The notes below the pieces were generated by a model that saw only the letters and a program-made list of their open reading frames with translations, was not told the DNA's origin and searched no databases. The position numbers were made by a program, and so were the translations under genes. Shown here in pieces: positions 26,825 through 37,480 of a stretch of 64,000 nucleotides of DNA (position 1 is the first letter of the stretch; each line of letters starts with the position of its first letter). This DNA comes from a virus. Location: positions 1,411-65,410 of the IMG/VR virus record IMGVR_UViG_3300047160_003189; one strand, given 5' to 3'.

Positions 26825-27949
26825 TCAATACTTGACGACCACAGTACTAGAAACCCCAGCGGGGCGCGGCAGGATGCCGGATTGAGTAACTATCGCCATC
26901 TCTACGCCCGAGAGCTGGAAGGCAAAGTTGTAAGTAATGCCCATATGCGACGGCACGAACTGCCCATTGAAGAAACCGGCTTGGTTGAAGCCTTGTATAT
27001 TACTGTCACCGACCGGGCCGATGGTTGGCAGTACAGGCGGCCCCAAGCCGTCAGCCTGCCAGAAGCCGAAGTAGGCGTGCATGATTTCGGGCTGTTCCGA
27101 CACCCAGGCATTGCCGCGACGAGGGATGCGGTAAGTACCTTGCATGGCTTCACTGCCGACCTTCAAAGTACTTCCAATCGGCGAGAGCTGATAGCGTCCG
27201 GTAGTATAAGGCTGCAATCCCCCAGTATAATCCTCGAGTTGTACTTCGACCTGGGTGCCGTCAGGTATGCCGAGGCCACTGATGGCACTGCCTATCGGAA
27301 TAGTACCGTTGCTGACAGCGGTCACGAACAACTGGCTATCTACTGTAGCCGGCGAAGTCGGCGAAGCTATGTAAGGTACGATGCTGCCGGTGAAGTTGGC
27401 CACGATTGGAGTAGTGCCGAAGAACTCCATCATCAGATGGTTGATCGACTTAATACTACCATCAGTGATGTTGTACATAGCCTTGGCCAGGATCATTCTG
27501 CGGTATTCCTGATCCGCTATGTAGTAGTTATGGGTCAGAGGCTCGCCGCTCCACAAAGCCGAGCCGCCTCCCTGACTACCGAACACGTCCGAGGTAGGCA
27601 GAGCTTGCGCGAAGCCGAACCAAGTAGACGTGGGTATTTGTACTACACGGTTGACGCCGACGATCCGGCCCCAGACATCGAGGCCGTAGCCGACTGCCGT
27701 GTCCACGTTCATGATGTTATCGTAGAACTCGACGATGCGGTTCGTCGGGTCGAACCAGGCATTTATGTAGTCTATCCAAGTATCCATAATCGGCGAGTTG
27801 GCATACTGCGAGATTATGGTCTGGCGGTACTGGAACAGCTCGACATCGCCGATAGGCATGGTGCCGATGGCACCGATGCCAATACCTATCTGATCCGGCG
27901 TCGGTGGCGGCGGATAGGGAGGTCCAGTAGTATCAAAAGGATTGCTCAT
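26825..27949 (-). CDS. Baseplate wedge protein, DUF2612-like
   Basis: TIISQYANSP, AVGYGLDVWGRIVG, YRRMILAKAMYNI, LPRPAGV. Confidence 0.85.
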   Translation of the reverse strand: MSNPFDTTGPPYPPPPTPDQIGIGIGAIGTMPIGDVELFQYRQTIISQYANSPIMDTWIDYINAWFDPTNRIVEFYDNIMNVDTAVGYGLDVWGRIVGVNRVVQIPTSTWFGFAQALPTSDVFGSQGGGSALWSGEPLTHNYYIADQEYRRMILAKAMYNITDGSIKSINHLMMEFFGTTPIVANFTGSIVPYIASPTSPATVDSQLFVTAVSNGTIPIGSAISGLGIPDGTQVEVQLEDYTGGLQPYTTGRYQLSPIGSTLKVGSEAMQGTYRIPRRGNAWVSEQPEIMHAYFGFWQADGLGPPVLPTIGPVGDSNIQGFNQAGFFNGQFVPSHMGITYNFAFQLSGVEMAIVTQSGILPRPAGVSSTVVVKY

Positions 27950-27959
27950 CTAATATTAC

Positions 27960-29423
27960 TCATTGAACGACGACGTTGATGTCATTCTGATCGCACACCG
28001 GATACTGATCGATGTTGACCGGGCAAGACAAGTTCAAAGGAGTTACACAACTCATATCTTCAACACCTACGGTTTGCGTGATGCTGACAGTATAAGTGCC
28101 GGCCCCGCCAGTAGCACCAGTAAGCTGATTGACGACAAAAGTACCATCCATCACCGTCCCGCTCGCATCTTGCACCATCGAGGCTCCCGGCTGAATATTA
28201 CCAGTATACATGACGCCGACCGTCAGCACCGCACCAGTTATCGAGCCATTGAAGGTCGCTTGCGCGACGTTGATGTTGCCAACAAGTATTTGATAGAGCC
28301 GCACCCAGTCGCCCAGCGCCTCGACCGGCGGATAGTAACGTGAAGCATAAATCCTCTTGCCGATGCGCTCGCGCGGCTTGCCGTCGCCACCATTGAAGGC
28401 ATTTACTATAGCGTTCTGGATTTGCGTTGCCGCGTCAGTAGGTACATCCGGTCCCTGCCCAATAGTCACGAGGAACACTGTAGTAGTAGGTGAGGGGCGC
28501 TCGAAAGTTATCAAGTAAGTCGGAGCCGGAGTACTATAACCTTCCGCCGCCGAGGCAGTCACGGTCACATGCGTGTTGCCGTTGTAAGCACAACCTGGGG
28601 GCTTGGACGCATAGATGGCCTGGGCCACGTCCAAGTCGGTGCCGCCGACTGCCGCTACATAAAGACTGTTGGGCTGCATCAAGTAACCACCCACCGTCGA
28701 AGCAGTATTAAGCGGGTTATCGACCACGAAAGCGTCGAGCACCCCCGGCACTGCTAGTACTTTACCTCTGATCGAAGCGAGCTGCCCCATGCTGTTGATG
28801 GCGACCGACTGAGATCGCCGCTCCTCCAATTCCGATCTACTCTCCGAAAGCTTGCCGATGGCTCCATCGACATCGTTGGTAATGCTCTCCCAGCCGGGGA
28901 TCATCTGGTAGACCGCGTTGAGAGTACCAGCCGGGCAAGGTATAGGCCCCTCGACCAAGCAGGCAAACTCTAGGACGACGATGCCGGTTACTGGATCGAT
29001 GGTGCCCTGTTGAGTACTTACATAAATGTTGCCGTCGGTAGCCCTGGCTCGAGCCCCTACCGGAATTATAGTATTTCCACCCCCGCCGCACTTGGCGGAT
29101 ACTACAGTCGGCAATGCGGGGTTGCGATAAATGAAGTATATCCTAGCCAGCGCATCTTGGTAGCGACCCTTAGAGTAGGCAGGATCGAACATCTGCGTCA
29201 TGTAGCGATAGGCTGCGTAGGCGTTGCTGACGCAAGCCGCTTGCGAGGCGGCGATCTGACCTTGCGGTGTCGGGTTGGTAACCGAGCCGCCCATAGTAGT
29301 AAAGTTGAGCTTGTTGTTGAAGGCTGCGTTGATGTCGAGCTGCACCCCGGCAAGTACATCCAATTCGAGGGGACCGACGAAGCCTTGTGAAGTAAAAGCT
29401 GGAGTAGGTACATTGGATGGCAT
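27960..29423 (-). CDS. Baseplate J-like protein
   Basis: TPQGQIAAS, DPAYSKGRYQDALARIY, ESRSELEERR, PPGCAYNG. Confidence 0.88.
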   Translation of the reverse strand: MPSNVPTPAFTSQGFVGPLELDVLAGVQLDINAAFNNKLNFTTMGGSVTNPTPQGQIAASQAACVSNAYAAYRYMTQMFDPAYSKGRYQDALARIYFIYRNPALPTVVSAKCGGGGNTIIPVGARARATDGNIYVSTQQGTIDPVTGIVVLEFACLVEGPIPCPAGTLNAVYQMIPGWESITNDVDGAIGKLSESRSELEERRSQSVAINSMGQLASIRGKVLAVPGVLDAFVVDNPLNTASTVGGYLMQPNSLYVAAVGGTDLDVAQAIYASKPPGCAYNGNTHVTVTASAAEGYSTPAPTYLITFERPSPTTTVFLVTIGQGPDVPTDAATQIQNAIVNAFNGGDGKPRERIGKRIYASRYYPPVEALGDWVRLYQILVGNINVAQATFNGSITGAVLTVGVMYTGNIQPGASMVQDASGTVMDGTFVVNQLTGATGGAGTYTVSITQTVGVEDMSCVTPLNLSCPVNIDQYPVCDQNDINVVVQ

Positions 29424-29424
29424 C

Positions 29425-29787
29425 TCAGAAGCTCACTGCTAAGCGTTGGCCGTTCTCGTCGGTGAACTGTAGTTGACCGGACAAAACCCGGTCCTCCCAT
29501 TTGGTGATATATACGACTGGTGTCGGGGTATCTACTACTCCCGGTATCGTCAATGCCGCCTGTACTATTCTGTACTTGACCAGAACCAGCGGCGGCCACT
29601 TGCCTAAGACTTCCTGCCAGTAGGGAACACCCTGCAAAGTGTCGTAGTATAGTTCGCCGAGGAACAGCTTCACGGCGCTAGCCACGTCCTGCGCCAGTGC
29701 GTACGGTCCTTCGGTCAGGGCAATGTTGCCGTAGCTGTCAACAGTAAAATCCCACATCTCGCGGTCTAGCAGCAATGTTGCCGGCAT
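29425..29787 (-). CDS. Baseplate wedge / gp25-like protein
   Basis: LDREMWD...GNIAL, AQDVASAVKLFLGELYYD...GVPY; position before baseplate J. Confidence 0.75.
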   Translation of the reverse strand: MPATLLLDREMWDFTVDSYGNIALTEGPYALAQDVASAVKLFLGELYYDTLQGVPYWQEVLGKWPPLVLVKYRIVQAALTIPGVVDTPTPVVYITKWEDRVLSGQLQFTDENGQRLAVSF

Positions 29788-30467
29788 TATACTTGCCACC
29801 TTCCGTTGACGTTGATGCAGGGACCGGAGCTAGTAGAAACTGGCGCGAACTTGGTCTTCGGTATCACTTCAGGGTCGCCACCCAAGTATAGTTTCTTGTC
29901 CGAGGTATCCCACTTGGCGGCCGGCGAGAGGTTGTCGCCCTCTATCGGCTGAAGTACCCACGAGCCATCTGGAAGTAGTCTTAAGTAACTCTTGAGCTTG
30001 GCATTGAGGACGCCACCCAAGTATATCCCGTCACTCATCGAGAAGCGGCGATGGCTACCCGGCTGCGCCTCGCCCCGGTTGGCTACGTTGGCGGAGATGT
30101 CCCGGTCGCAGATGGCGGCTATACCTATGTCGCCTACTGCCGGATCGTGGATCACGCCCATGGTTCCGGTTTGCAGTCGAAGGTAAGTAAGTCCGTAGAC
30201 TTTGCCGTGGCTTTGCGTGTTGCCCTCGCCATCCATCTGCTTAGTAAGAGGCTGGACATCTACTGTCCCGGCCACGTCCTTTGCTCCTCCTCCACCAGTA
30301 AGAGCCGTGACTTTTACTAGTTTGATCGTGGCTATACGTCCGAGATGCTGTTGTATGTGGAAGGCGTGTTGGTTGACTTCGCTGTTGCCCGACTGCGGCG
30401 ACATCTGGCCAGGGTTGCCGTTCTGTCCAGTAACCGGAGCCGCTTGAGCTGGTGATCCGTCTGCCAT
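29787..30467 (-). CDS. Baseplate spike (gp138/gpV-like)
   Basis: VDVQPL, LQTGTMGVIHDPAVGDIG, RDISA, RRFSMSDGIY. Confidence 0.85.
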   Translation of the reverse strand: MADGSPAQAAPVTGQNGNPGQMSPQSGNSEVNQHAFHIQQHLGRIATIKLVKVTALTGGGGAKDVAGTVDVQPLTKQMDGEGNTQSHGKVYGLTYLRLQTGTMGVIHDPAVGDIGIAAICDRDISANVANRGEAQPGSHRRFSMSDGIYLGGVLNAKLKSYLRLLPDGSWVLQPIEGDNLSPAAKWDTSDKKLYLGGDPEVIPKTKFAPVSTSSGPCINVNGRWQV

Positions 30468-30479
30468 TGTTGTTTCCCT

Positions 30480-31319
30480 CTACGATCCAAACTTGCTGCA
30501 ATTGCAGGTAGTAAACCACAGTCCTTGAGGTACCTCGCATTCCAGTTCATGCACCAAGTTGTTCACGGTCCACTTGCCGTTGGCCGGCGTCAGCTCGCTT
30601 TGTACAGTAATAGTGCCGCCGACCTTGATGCTGGGGTTGAAGTAAGTTTTGACGACGATGCCGTTCTGATTGAAGCCTGGGTAGCCGACCATGCCGGTTG
30701 TCGGCGAGATCGTCGGACTGGTATCATCAGGACGGACAGACTTGGGTGCAGTTACTACCATACTCTTGTCGTCTATGAAGTGCTGCGCCCCTATCGATCT
30801 GGCTATCTCCGTGAACTGTTCTACTGCTGAGCGGGCCACATAGACATTCTTCAACACCATGCCCTCGATACCAGCGAATAGTGGAGTAAGACCGAGCTTG
30901 CCGGCAATCTGGCCCAACAAGTCAGTAGCCTTAGCCGAGCCTTTTACCGAAGTAGGCTCAGCCTGCTTGTTCTTGTCGTCGGCTCCGGTCATCGCCTGAA
31001 TGCGAAAACATACCTTTGGCATCGACTGGGCGTCGATCCAAGCCATCTGAATAGTACCATGATAGACCTGGGACAATCCGGTTTCGTCGTCGCCTGCCTG
31101 CACGTCTATCGTATTGTTAGTAGTATAGTTCTGGTACCAGCTAAGAGTGGTCATAGTATTCATGGTGGACTTAGGCAGACCGTAGATGGCCATCTCCATC
31201 GTGCCGAAGCCTTCGGCACCGTCCTTCATGATCTTGCACGATATACGATGGTCCTTGACGCTCAAGCTCGATATCTTCGAGCCGGCTATAGATACTGAAA
31301 TCTTCTTCTTGGTGAACAT
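30480..31319 (-). CDS. Baseplate hub protein
   Basis: IYGLP, VQAGD, QVYHGTI, ISPTTGMVGYP, FNPSIKVGG. Confidence 0.82.
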   Translation of the reverse strand: MFTKKKISVSIAGSKISSLSVKDHRISCKIMKDGAEGFGTMEMAIYGLPKSTMNTMTTLSWYQNYTTNNTIDVQAGDDETGLSQVYHGTIQMAWIDAQSMPKVCFRIQAMTGADDKNKQAEPTSVKGSAKATDLLGQIAGKLGLTPLFAGIEGMVLKNVYVARSAVEQFTEIARSIGAQHFIDDKSMVVTAPKSVRPDDTSPTISPTTGMVGYPGFNQNGIVVKTYFNPSIKVGGTITVQSELTPANGKWTVNNLVHELECEVPQGLWFTTCNCSKFGS

Positions 31320-31630
31320 CAGTAGGTCACTTCATCCGGCGTCATGTAGATCAAGGCGAAGCGCGAGCCCAAGCCAGTATAAACCGGATCGTCGGTCCCC
31401 TGTCCATCGTAGAAGCAGAGATCGCCAGGGAAGCCTAAGTACTGATCCCGCACGATCTTGTTGTAGTTCTCGCATAACACTCCGGTCACTATTACTTCGT
31501 TGTTCCACCAGACATCGATGAACAGTCCGTACCTAGTGTAATAAATGAATACTTTGCAGATGTCGTTGGTGTTGAGGATGAACGATACGACCTGAGACGG
31601 CAGCGGGTCGAGCGGTATTGTGTAGCTCAT
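31319..31630 (-). CDS. Baseplate-associated small protein
   Basis: IPLDPLPSQ...GLFIDV...YLGFPGDLCFYD...GLGSRFALIY, typical of this gene slot. Confidence 0.75.
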   Translation of the reverse strand: MSYTIPLDPLPSQVVSFILNTNDICKVFIYYTRYGLFIDVWWNNEVIVTGVLCENYNKIVRDQYLGFPGDLCFYDGQGTDDPVYTGLGSRFALIYMTPDEVTY

Positions 31631-32364
31631 GTGGCGTTGCCCGGCACGAAGCCGCCCCCATATGATCCAGAATAGCTAGTAGAAGGCACCGGGCTGGGGC
31701 CTAGTACATCCGCGCGTGACGGAGGTATAGGGACACCGAAGTCGGCACCGGGGTTTGGGCGGGCCGGCGGTATGGGAACGTCGGAAGGCTGCACGCTGCC
31801 GCCATCCGAGGGGTTGGTGGCTGACGGGTCTTGAGTACTGGTAGTAGAAGAACTGCTACCGACTACCGTCTTTACTTGCAGACACCAGATGTCTACTTGC
31901 AGAAGACCGAGCCCCTGCCGCGCCGAGCGGTCATAGTCGTAGTGCGTGACGTTGGCGCTGGGATATACTCCGGTTGGCGAGACTATATCGTATAGATTGG
32001 TATCGCCGGCGATGGCGGCAATCGAGGCTAGTAGAGCCTGCCGCTTGATCTCCGAGCCGCCGATGACGAAACGAAAGCGGGCGTCGAAGGGAATGTAGAC
32101 TTTGTTGTAGGTTTCGAACTGCCCCTTCTCTATCGGGTAGTCGGACAGCGCCCACTCTTCCTTATAGCCGAAGCGCATCACAGTATCGGCGATGATGACC
32201 GGGATGCCAGACAAGTATATCCCCCAGCCCTGCGACAGGGCGACGTTGCCCATCATCAAGCCGGAAGCGTCAGCCACTACTAGACTGGCGACGGCACTTA
32301 TAGCGGTGTTGATGTTCCCTGGTATTGTCGGGACGCCAGGAATGTTTATTGGTACATCGACCAT
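31627..32364 (-). CDS. Tail tube initiator / baseplate protein
   Basis: SDYPIEKGQFETYNKV, LYDIVSP...Y motif; follows the tape measure. Confidence 0.75.
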   Translation of the reverse strand: MVDVPINIPGVPTIPGNINTAISAVASLVVADASGLMMGNVALSQGWGIYLSGIPVIIADTVMRFGYKEEWALSDYPIEKGQFETYNKVYIPFDARFRFVIGGSEIKRQALLASIAAIAGDTNLYDIVSPTGVYPSANVTHYDYDRSARQGLGLLQVDIWCLQVKTVVGSSSSTTSTQDPSATNPSDGGSVQPSDVPIPPARPNPGADFGVPIPPSRADVLGPSPVPSTSYSGSYGGGFVPGNAT

Positions 32365-34805
32365 TATGCTGCCTTCTCACTTGCTGGTATCTGTGCCATC
32401 ATTGCCGGCATGAGATCGGCGGCAAGCTCATGAGCATTGCCGCTATACGATGGCACAGTAAGATTAGCGATGTCCACGTTGTTCTGGGTATTACGCTGGA
32501 TCGGTCTGTCATTCATGGCGAAGGCCGCCGTCTGGCGCGCACCGGGGGTAAGCATACTCTGCGGCCCGACCTTGCCTCGCTTGGGCGGCAACGGTGGAGG
32601 AGTGTCATCGTCCTTCTTCTGTTCACTACCACCAGACTTCCTACCAGACTTGTACTCGTCAAGTATTCGAGAAGTAGGAGTTTGCCCCGCAAACCTGTCA
32701 GTCTGGCCGGTCCAGCCTTCCGCCCGCTCGAACTGAGCCGCGCCGCGCGAGCCTTCTTCAGGTGTCTTGGCAGCACGTAGAGTTCTGGCTGCCTGACGTT
32801 CTGTAGTATTCAATTCGCGAATAGCCAGGGACAACTGAGCATCGATGTCAGGATTACCATAAACACTGCCGGCGCGAGCATGGCTCCACTGACCGACACC
32901 CCAGTGTCCACCACCTAAGTAGTTTCTGGATGCTGGACCTTGCGGGGCTTCTACTGATGACCATCTAGCTACCAGTCCCGCCGCGCCGGCTTCGCTCAAA
33001 TGAGCTTCCTTCATCAGGCGCTCGATGGCATGTGCTCTACGTTCCGGTGTCCACCATTTACCAGTAGGCTTGGGTGGAAGATTGTCATTACCTCCACCAC
33101 CACCACCTTTACCACCACCACCAAGCCCGCCACCAGCAAAAGGATTATTACCGCCACCGAGCTGGCCGAAGTCCTTGAAGGCTTTCAACGCTCCTCTGTA
33201 GATCGGCTCTTGTATCTTGTCGATCTCTACGTCGGATAGACCTTGGAAGGCGGCTTGCAACCAGCCGCCTTTATTGTCAGTACCTTTGCCGCCGCTTTCA
33301 CTACCGCCAATGACTACTGCATCGTCCCAAGAACTGTCGCCGGAAGTATCTTTGTCCGGTCCCGTCAGACCAGTATAGGTCGCCTGCGGCCAGACAGTAT
33401 CCGCCTCGCTGCGCTTCTGCTTCCTTTTGCCGTAGCGAATACTTCCCTTAGCAGCACTAGCAGCCCGCCGCCGCCTTCTATTGGCAACATCCTTACCGAA
33501 TATAGTAGCAAAGATGTCATTGACATCCTCTTGCTTCGCGGGAGGTAAAGGTAAAGTACCTTCTCGCACTCTCCTACGCCGCTCGTCTCGTTTAACGCGC
33601 CTCTCGGTTTCCTTCTTGATCCAGGCGGCCAGTTGTTCATTCTGTAGCTGAGCGAGCGCACGCCCACCTTCGAATGCCAGTATTCCCAAGACGACACTAC
33701 GCAGCAACGGATTGAGGGCAATAAGTACAATAGAATGAAGACCAGCCGCAAAGCTGGCAATCTTGGATACGAGAGCCAACCCTATAAGTATCTCGAAGAC
33801 CCCGATCCAGCCTTCATGTATATTTTCCTGCACGAACTTGTCGATCTGTTCCCAGACCGGCTTCAAGTACCTCCAAGCGACTTCCCAGTCATCCTTGAGT
33901 ATCTTTATATACTCGCTGAGAGCCTTGAAGGCTTCCTCGATTTTATGTACTATATCCTCGCGATGCTCCTCCAACCACTTCTTCATCTCCTCGATGATGG
34001 TCGTCAAGGCCGGAGCCATGTTCTCGGTAATGCTGGTTCCGATACTCCTGATGAGGTTCTTGAGATCGATGAACTTCTCTTGTAGCTTATCGATCTGTTC
34101 TATCTGTTCGTTGGTAGGAGCCCACTTCTTGAAGAAGTCGAACTGCTCTCCGACTACTTCTGGACCCTGGACAAGTACTTTACCTTCTTCCGGCTGGTTG
34201 ATGATCCCTTGCTCAAGTATACTTCTGGTCAAAGCCGGGTCTTTGGCGTAGGCGGCTTTGGCGACCTCGGAGATGCGCTTAATGAGGCTTTCTACATTTT
34301 CGTCCTTGTCGAAGTGAAACTCTACTTTAGCCAGATTGGCCAGCTTCGACATTGCTTCGTACATGGCAGGCTTGCCACCATGCTTGAATTGTTGTAGCTG
34401 ATCCGACAAGCTCTGGAAGCTGGCGCGAGCCCTGGCTGCGCTGCCGCCCTGCCGCTCGACCATCATGCCGAACGCCGACATAGCCTGAGAAGTACTTTGC
34501 AGCCCCCAGGATAGACTACTTAATTCAGTTTGCCACCTAGTAATATTGGTGATGAACTCCTTGATGCCTCGGCCGCCAATGAATACTGCAAACAAGCCCA
34601 AGGCTTCACGCGCTACTGAAGCAATCGCCTTGGCCGCCTTCTCGTTGGCTTCGGCAATACTCTTGGCGGCTTTTACTCCCTCATCGCGCACCTTGACGAA
34701 AGACGAGGCGGCTTCCTTCGAGGCAACAGTAAACTTCGAAGGGTCGAGCCCTAGAGTAATTATAATACTGTCGATTACAGTAGCATTGGCGGGGGCGTCA
34801 GCCAT
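32364..34805 (-). CDS. Tape-measure-like protein 2 with phage-tail-lysozyme-like domain
   Basis: N-terminus paralogous to the 34808 gene; C-terminal AGAAGLVARWSSVE...GVGQWSHAR...QLSLAIREL...AAQFER. Confidence 0.75.
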   Translation of the reverse strand: MADAPANATVIDSIIITLGLDPSKFTVASKEAASSFVKVRDEGVKAAKSIAEANEKAAKAIASVAREALGLFAVFIGGRGIKEFITNITRWQTELSSLSWGLQSTSQAMSAFGMMVERQGGSAARARASFQSLSDQLQQFKHGGKPAMYEAMSKLANLAKVEFHFDKDENVESLIKRISEVAKAAYAKDPALTRSILEQGIINQPEEGKVLVQGPEVVGEQFDFFKKWAPTNEQIEQIDKLQEKFIDLKNLIRSIGTSITENMAPALTTIIEEMKKWLEEHREDIVHKIEEAFKALSEYIKILKDDWEVAWRYLKPVWEQIDKFVQENIHEGWIGVFEILIGLALVSKIASFAAGLHSIVLIALNPLLRSVVLGILAFEGGRALAQLQNEQLAAWIKKETERRVKRDERRRRVREGTLPLPPAKQEDVNDIFATIFGKDVANRRRRRAASAAKGSIRYGKRKQKRSEADTVWPQATYTGLTGPDKDTSGDSSWDDAVVIGGSESGGKGTDNKGGWLQAAFQGLSDVEIDKIQEPIYRGALKAFKDFGQLGGGNNPFAGGGLGGGGKGGGGGGNDNLPPKPTGKWWTPERRAHAIERLMKEAHLSEAGAAGLVARWSSVEAPQGPASRNYLGGGHWGVGQWSHARAGSVYGNPDIDAQLSLAIRELNTTERQAARTLRAAKTPEEGSRGAAQFERAEGWTGQTDRFAGQTPTSRILDEYKSGRKSGGSEQKKDDDTPPPLPPKRGKVGPQSMLTPGARQTAAFAMNDRPIQRNTQNNVDIANLTVPSYSGNAHELAADLMPAMMAQIPASEKAA

Positions 34806-34807
34806 GA

Positions 34808-37480
34808 CTAGGCAACTCCGTAATCAACTGTCTTGGCGTAGTTGGCGGCGCGGGCGAACTGTGGATGTACATCCGGCTTGTTGCCCATCATCTCGGCGGC
34901 TGAAGTCTGAATACTGATCTGAGCGACTTGCAGCTTGGTCGAGGTAGTATTACTGGACACGGCTTGCCGGTTGTTACTGATCGAGGCGATGGAGTGTGCT
35001 CCTATACCTAGCTGCGAGCTGTTCTCGTTCCATGGAGTAGAAGCATCGTCCAACCGCGATTGCTTGCCGGTATGATGAGCCGGTTTACTACTACTTCCTT
35101 CTTCTCCTCCTCCCTCGCTACCCCAAGGCGCATCTCTTGGTAACTGCAAGTGTGGTTTGTCCCTCATCCAATTACCACGAAAAGCCGGCGCTAGTCCGAC
35201 CTTTTCGGCTTCTTGGTGCATCAAATGGTATTCTCTTAAAGTACCTCCTCCTGGCCTAGCATCAATAGCTCTACCTTTACCATGCGGGCTCATGCCGGGG
35301 TGCGCCGCCGCATATCGAGTACCGTGACCGGACTTCTCCCATTCCTCTTGCTGATGCGCAAAGTCCCGGTATCCATAAGTAGTATGAAGCTCTATACCGT
35401 ACTTCTCGCGCATGTTCTTGCGCAATTGCTCGTAACGCTTAAGTAACTCAGGGCTCACATGACCGGGCGTCAGGTCTACGTGACCTGACTGCTTTACTCC
35501 AAGCTGACTGCCTCCACTATCGCCGCCTTTACCTGCGGCATCGTGCGCGTCTTTATTGTCACTACCACCCTTGCCGTCGCCACCACTACCGCTAAGGTTC
35601 TGGTGCGTCTCGCCGCTGGTAGCGGCACTGATGGAGAACACGAAGTACTCTTTGAGAGCCCTGAGTATTCCGAGATAGACCGGCTTCTCGGCTTTCAGCA
35701 AGTCTACTGAAGTATCCTCGTGACCTTCGCGGACCATGGTCGAGAGCCAGTCGGGGCTTTCACCGGCAGTAGGCATCTTGCCCATAGTATCCAGCGAGGA
35801 TTGCTTGGACTTCAGGAAGTCGAACAGATGCTTGATTTCCTCGATAGTCTCTGGACGGAACTTACGACCTCGAATAGTACGTGGAACGTCCTTGTGCTGT
35901 TGCTCGGGACCGGGATGTACTATGTTAGCCGGTCCTCCTTCGCCTCGCTGGTCGCGTCGAGGATGCCGCCCGGTGTCCCTCTCCGTTGTTACTGCTTCAC
36001 TGCCAAACACATCAGTATTAGGACTAGGCTTGGCCAGCTCGGCGGGAGGTTGTTCCCCCCATAATTGCACGAACGCATCAACTACTTTACCAACAGCTTC
36101 CGGCGGCCATCTACGTATATCGTCGTCCTTATCCCTGACAGCTCTATCCCTGTCGGCTGGAGTAACAGCACCGGGCCATCTCTTCCGGCCTTCGTCAAAA
36201 CCATACTGTTCCGGCTGCGCCTGCCACATAGGATCAGGGGCGCCCGGCCCCATCGGCCCAGGGCTTACCTTTCCGGTAACCGGGTCGAAGTGCCGCATAC
36301 CTATCATCCCAGGTTTTTCACCGGATGGTAGTACATCTTTGAGCTGTTGGAACCACTCCATGGCCGCCTTCAACCCCAGAAGGGCGGCAGTAACTGCAAG
36401 TACAGCTATTCCCAAAGTACCGAAGCTGGCAGCGACACCAAGACCCCAGCCGGCCAGCTTTACCGCAACCAATGCCTCAAGTATATGTATCCAGCCGTTC
36501 TCGCCCAGGTTCTTCTTGACGAAGTTGTCAAGCCAAGTAAATATCTCCTTGATGGTAGGCCATGCCGACTTCACGTCCTCGGTGATTACAGTAATCGCGG
36601 TGCCCAACGCGGTGAAGGCATCGGTAATGTACTCTTTGATCTTGTCCTTGTTCTCTTCCAGCCACTTACTGATAGTTTCGAACAGCTCGGTAAGCGGCTT
36701 GGCCATATTCTCAGTAACCGACAAGCCGATACTCTTGATGAGGTTCTTGAGATCGATGAACTTCTCGGAAAGGTCAGTAATTACTTTCTGCTGCTTGTCG
36801 GTAGGGGCGTTCTTCTTTTGCTCCTCTATGTCCTTCTCGTAGGCTTCGCGCCCCCTGACAAGTAGATGAGCCATGGCCCGGTCAGGAATAAAGGAGCGGA
36901 TCAACGCCTCAGTAAGTTCCGGTCCTATGCGCTTGGACGCCTTTTCAGCCGCCTCGGCGACTTGCGCTAAGTACTGTTCGACATCAGTATTTCTGGGAGG
37001 AATAGGTACTTCAGCGGTGCCGAACAGCTTGGCTATACCTTCGCTCATCGGCGAAGTACCAGTAATCCTCCACTGTTGCAGAGCATCGGCGAAGGCTTGT
37101 ACTGCCATCATGGTTCCGCTCTTGGAACCACCGATACGCTCGCTCATCATGCCGAGAGCATCGAGCGCCTGCGGCGTCATTCGTAGTCCCCAGCTCAACT
37201 TGTCCAAAGCGAGCTGGGCTCGAGTAATATCAGTAAAGAACTCCTTAAGTCCGCGCCCACCTATGAAGATGGCGAACAGTCCTAGTATTTCTCTGGACAC
37301 GCTGCGGATGGCTTCGGCGGCATGTCCAGTATGTTCTTCGACCTCGACAGCGTGCTTCTTCGCCTCGCCCTTAAGCTCTACTAGGCTTTCCTGTACTTTC
37401 TTGCTTTGCTCGTTGAACTGCGTCGGGTCCAGCCCAAGCTTTACTATAAGGGCGTCAACTACAGTCGCGCTTTCGGCCAT
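34808..37480 (-). CDS. Tape-measure-like protein 1 with M15 peptidase-like domain
   Basis: VVDALIVKLGLD N-terminus; C-terminal GYRDFAHQ...SPHGKGRAID...DKPHLQL (SxH, D, H zinc ligands). Confidence 0.78.
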   Translation of the reverse strand: MAESATVVDALIVKLGLDPTQFNEQSKKVQESLVELKGEAKKHAVEVEEHTGHAAEAIRSVSREILGLFAIFIGGRGLKEFFTDITRAQLALDKLSWGLRMTPQALDALGMMSERIGGSKSGTMMAVQAFADALQQWRITGTSPMSEGIAKLFGTAEVPIPPRNTDVEQYLAQVAEAAEKASKRIGPELTEALIRSFIPDRAMAHLLVRGREAYEKDIEEQKKNAPTDKQQKVITDLSEKFIDLKNLIKSIGLSVTENMAKPLTELFETISKWLEENKDKIKEYITDAFTALGTAITVITEDVKSAWPTIKEIFTWLDNFVKKNLGENGWIHILEALVAVKLAGWGLGVAASFGTLGIAVLAVTAALLGLKAAMEWFQQLKDVLPSGEKPGMIGMRHFDPVTGKVSPGPMGPGAPDPMWQAQPEQYGFDEGRKRWPGAVTPADRDRAVRDKDDDIRRWPPEAVGKVVDAFVQLWGEQPPAELAKPSPNTDVFGSEAVTTERDTGRHPRRDQRGEGGPANIVHPGPEQQHKDVPRTIRGRKFRPETIEEIKHLFDFLKSKQSSLDTMGKMPTAGESPDWLSTMVREGHEDTSVDLLKAEKPVYLGILRALKEYFVFSISAATSGETHQNLSGSGGDGKGGSDNKDAHDAAGKGGDSGGSQLGVKQSGHVDLTPGHVSPELLKRYEQLRKNMREKYGIELHTTYGYRDFAHQQEEWEKSGHGTRYAAAHPGMSPHGKGRAIDARPGGGTLREYHLMHQEAEKVGLAPAFRGNWMRDKPHLQLPRDAPWGSEGGGEEGSSSKPAHHTGKQSRLDDASTPWNENSSQLGIGAHSIASISNNRQAVSSNTTSTKLQVAQISIQTSAAEMMGNKPDVHPQFARAANYAKTVDYGVA

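Noticed and set aside
26789-27979. 396-aa plus-strand ORF
   Set aside because: Shadow of the DUF2612 baseplate gene.
35736-36842. 368-aa plus-strand ORF
   Set aside because: Ser-rich shadow of tape-measure 1.
32364-37480. Diversity-generating retroelement template/variable pair
   Set aside because: The shared tract is only about 40 bp, lacks adenine-specific mismatches, and no reverse transcriptase is present.
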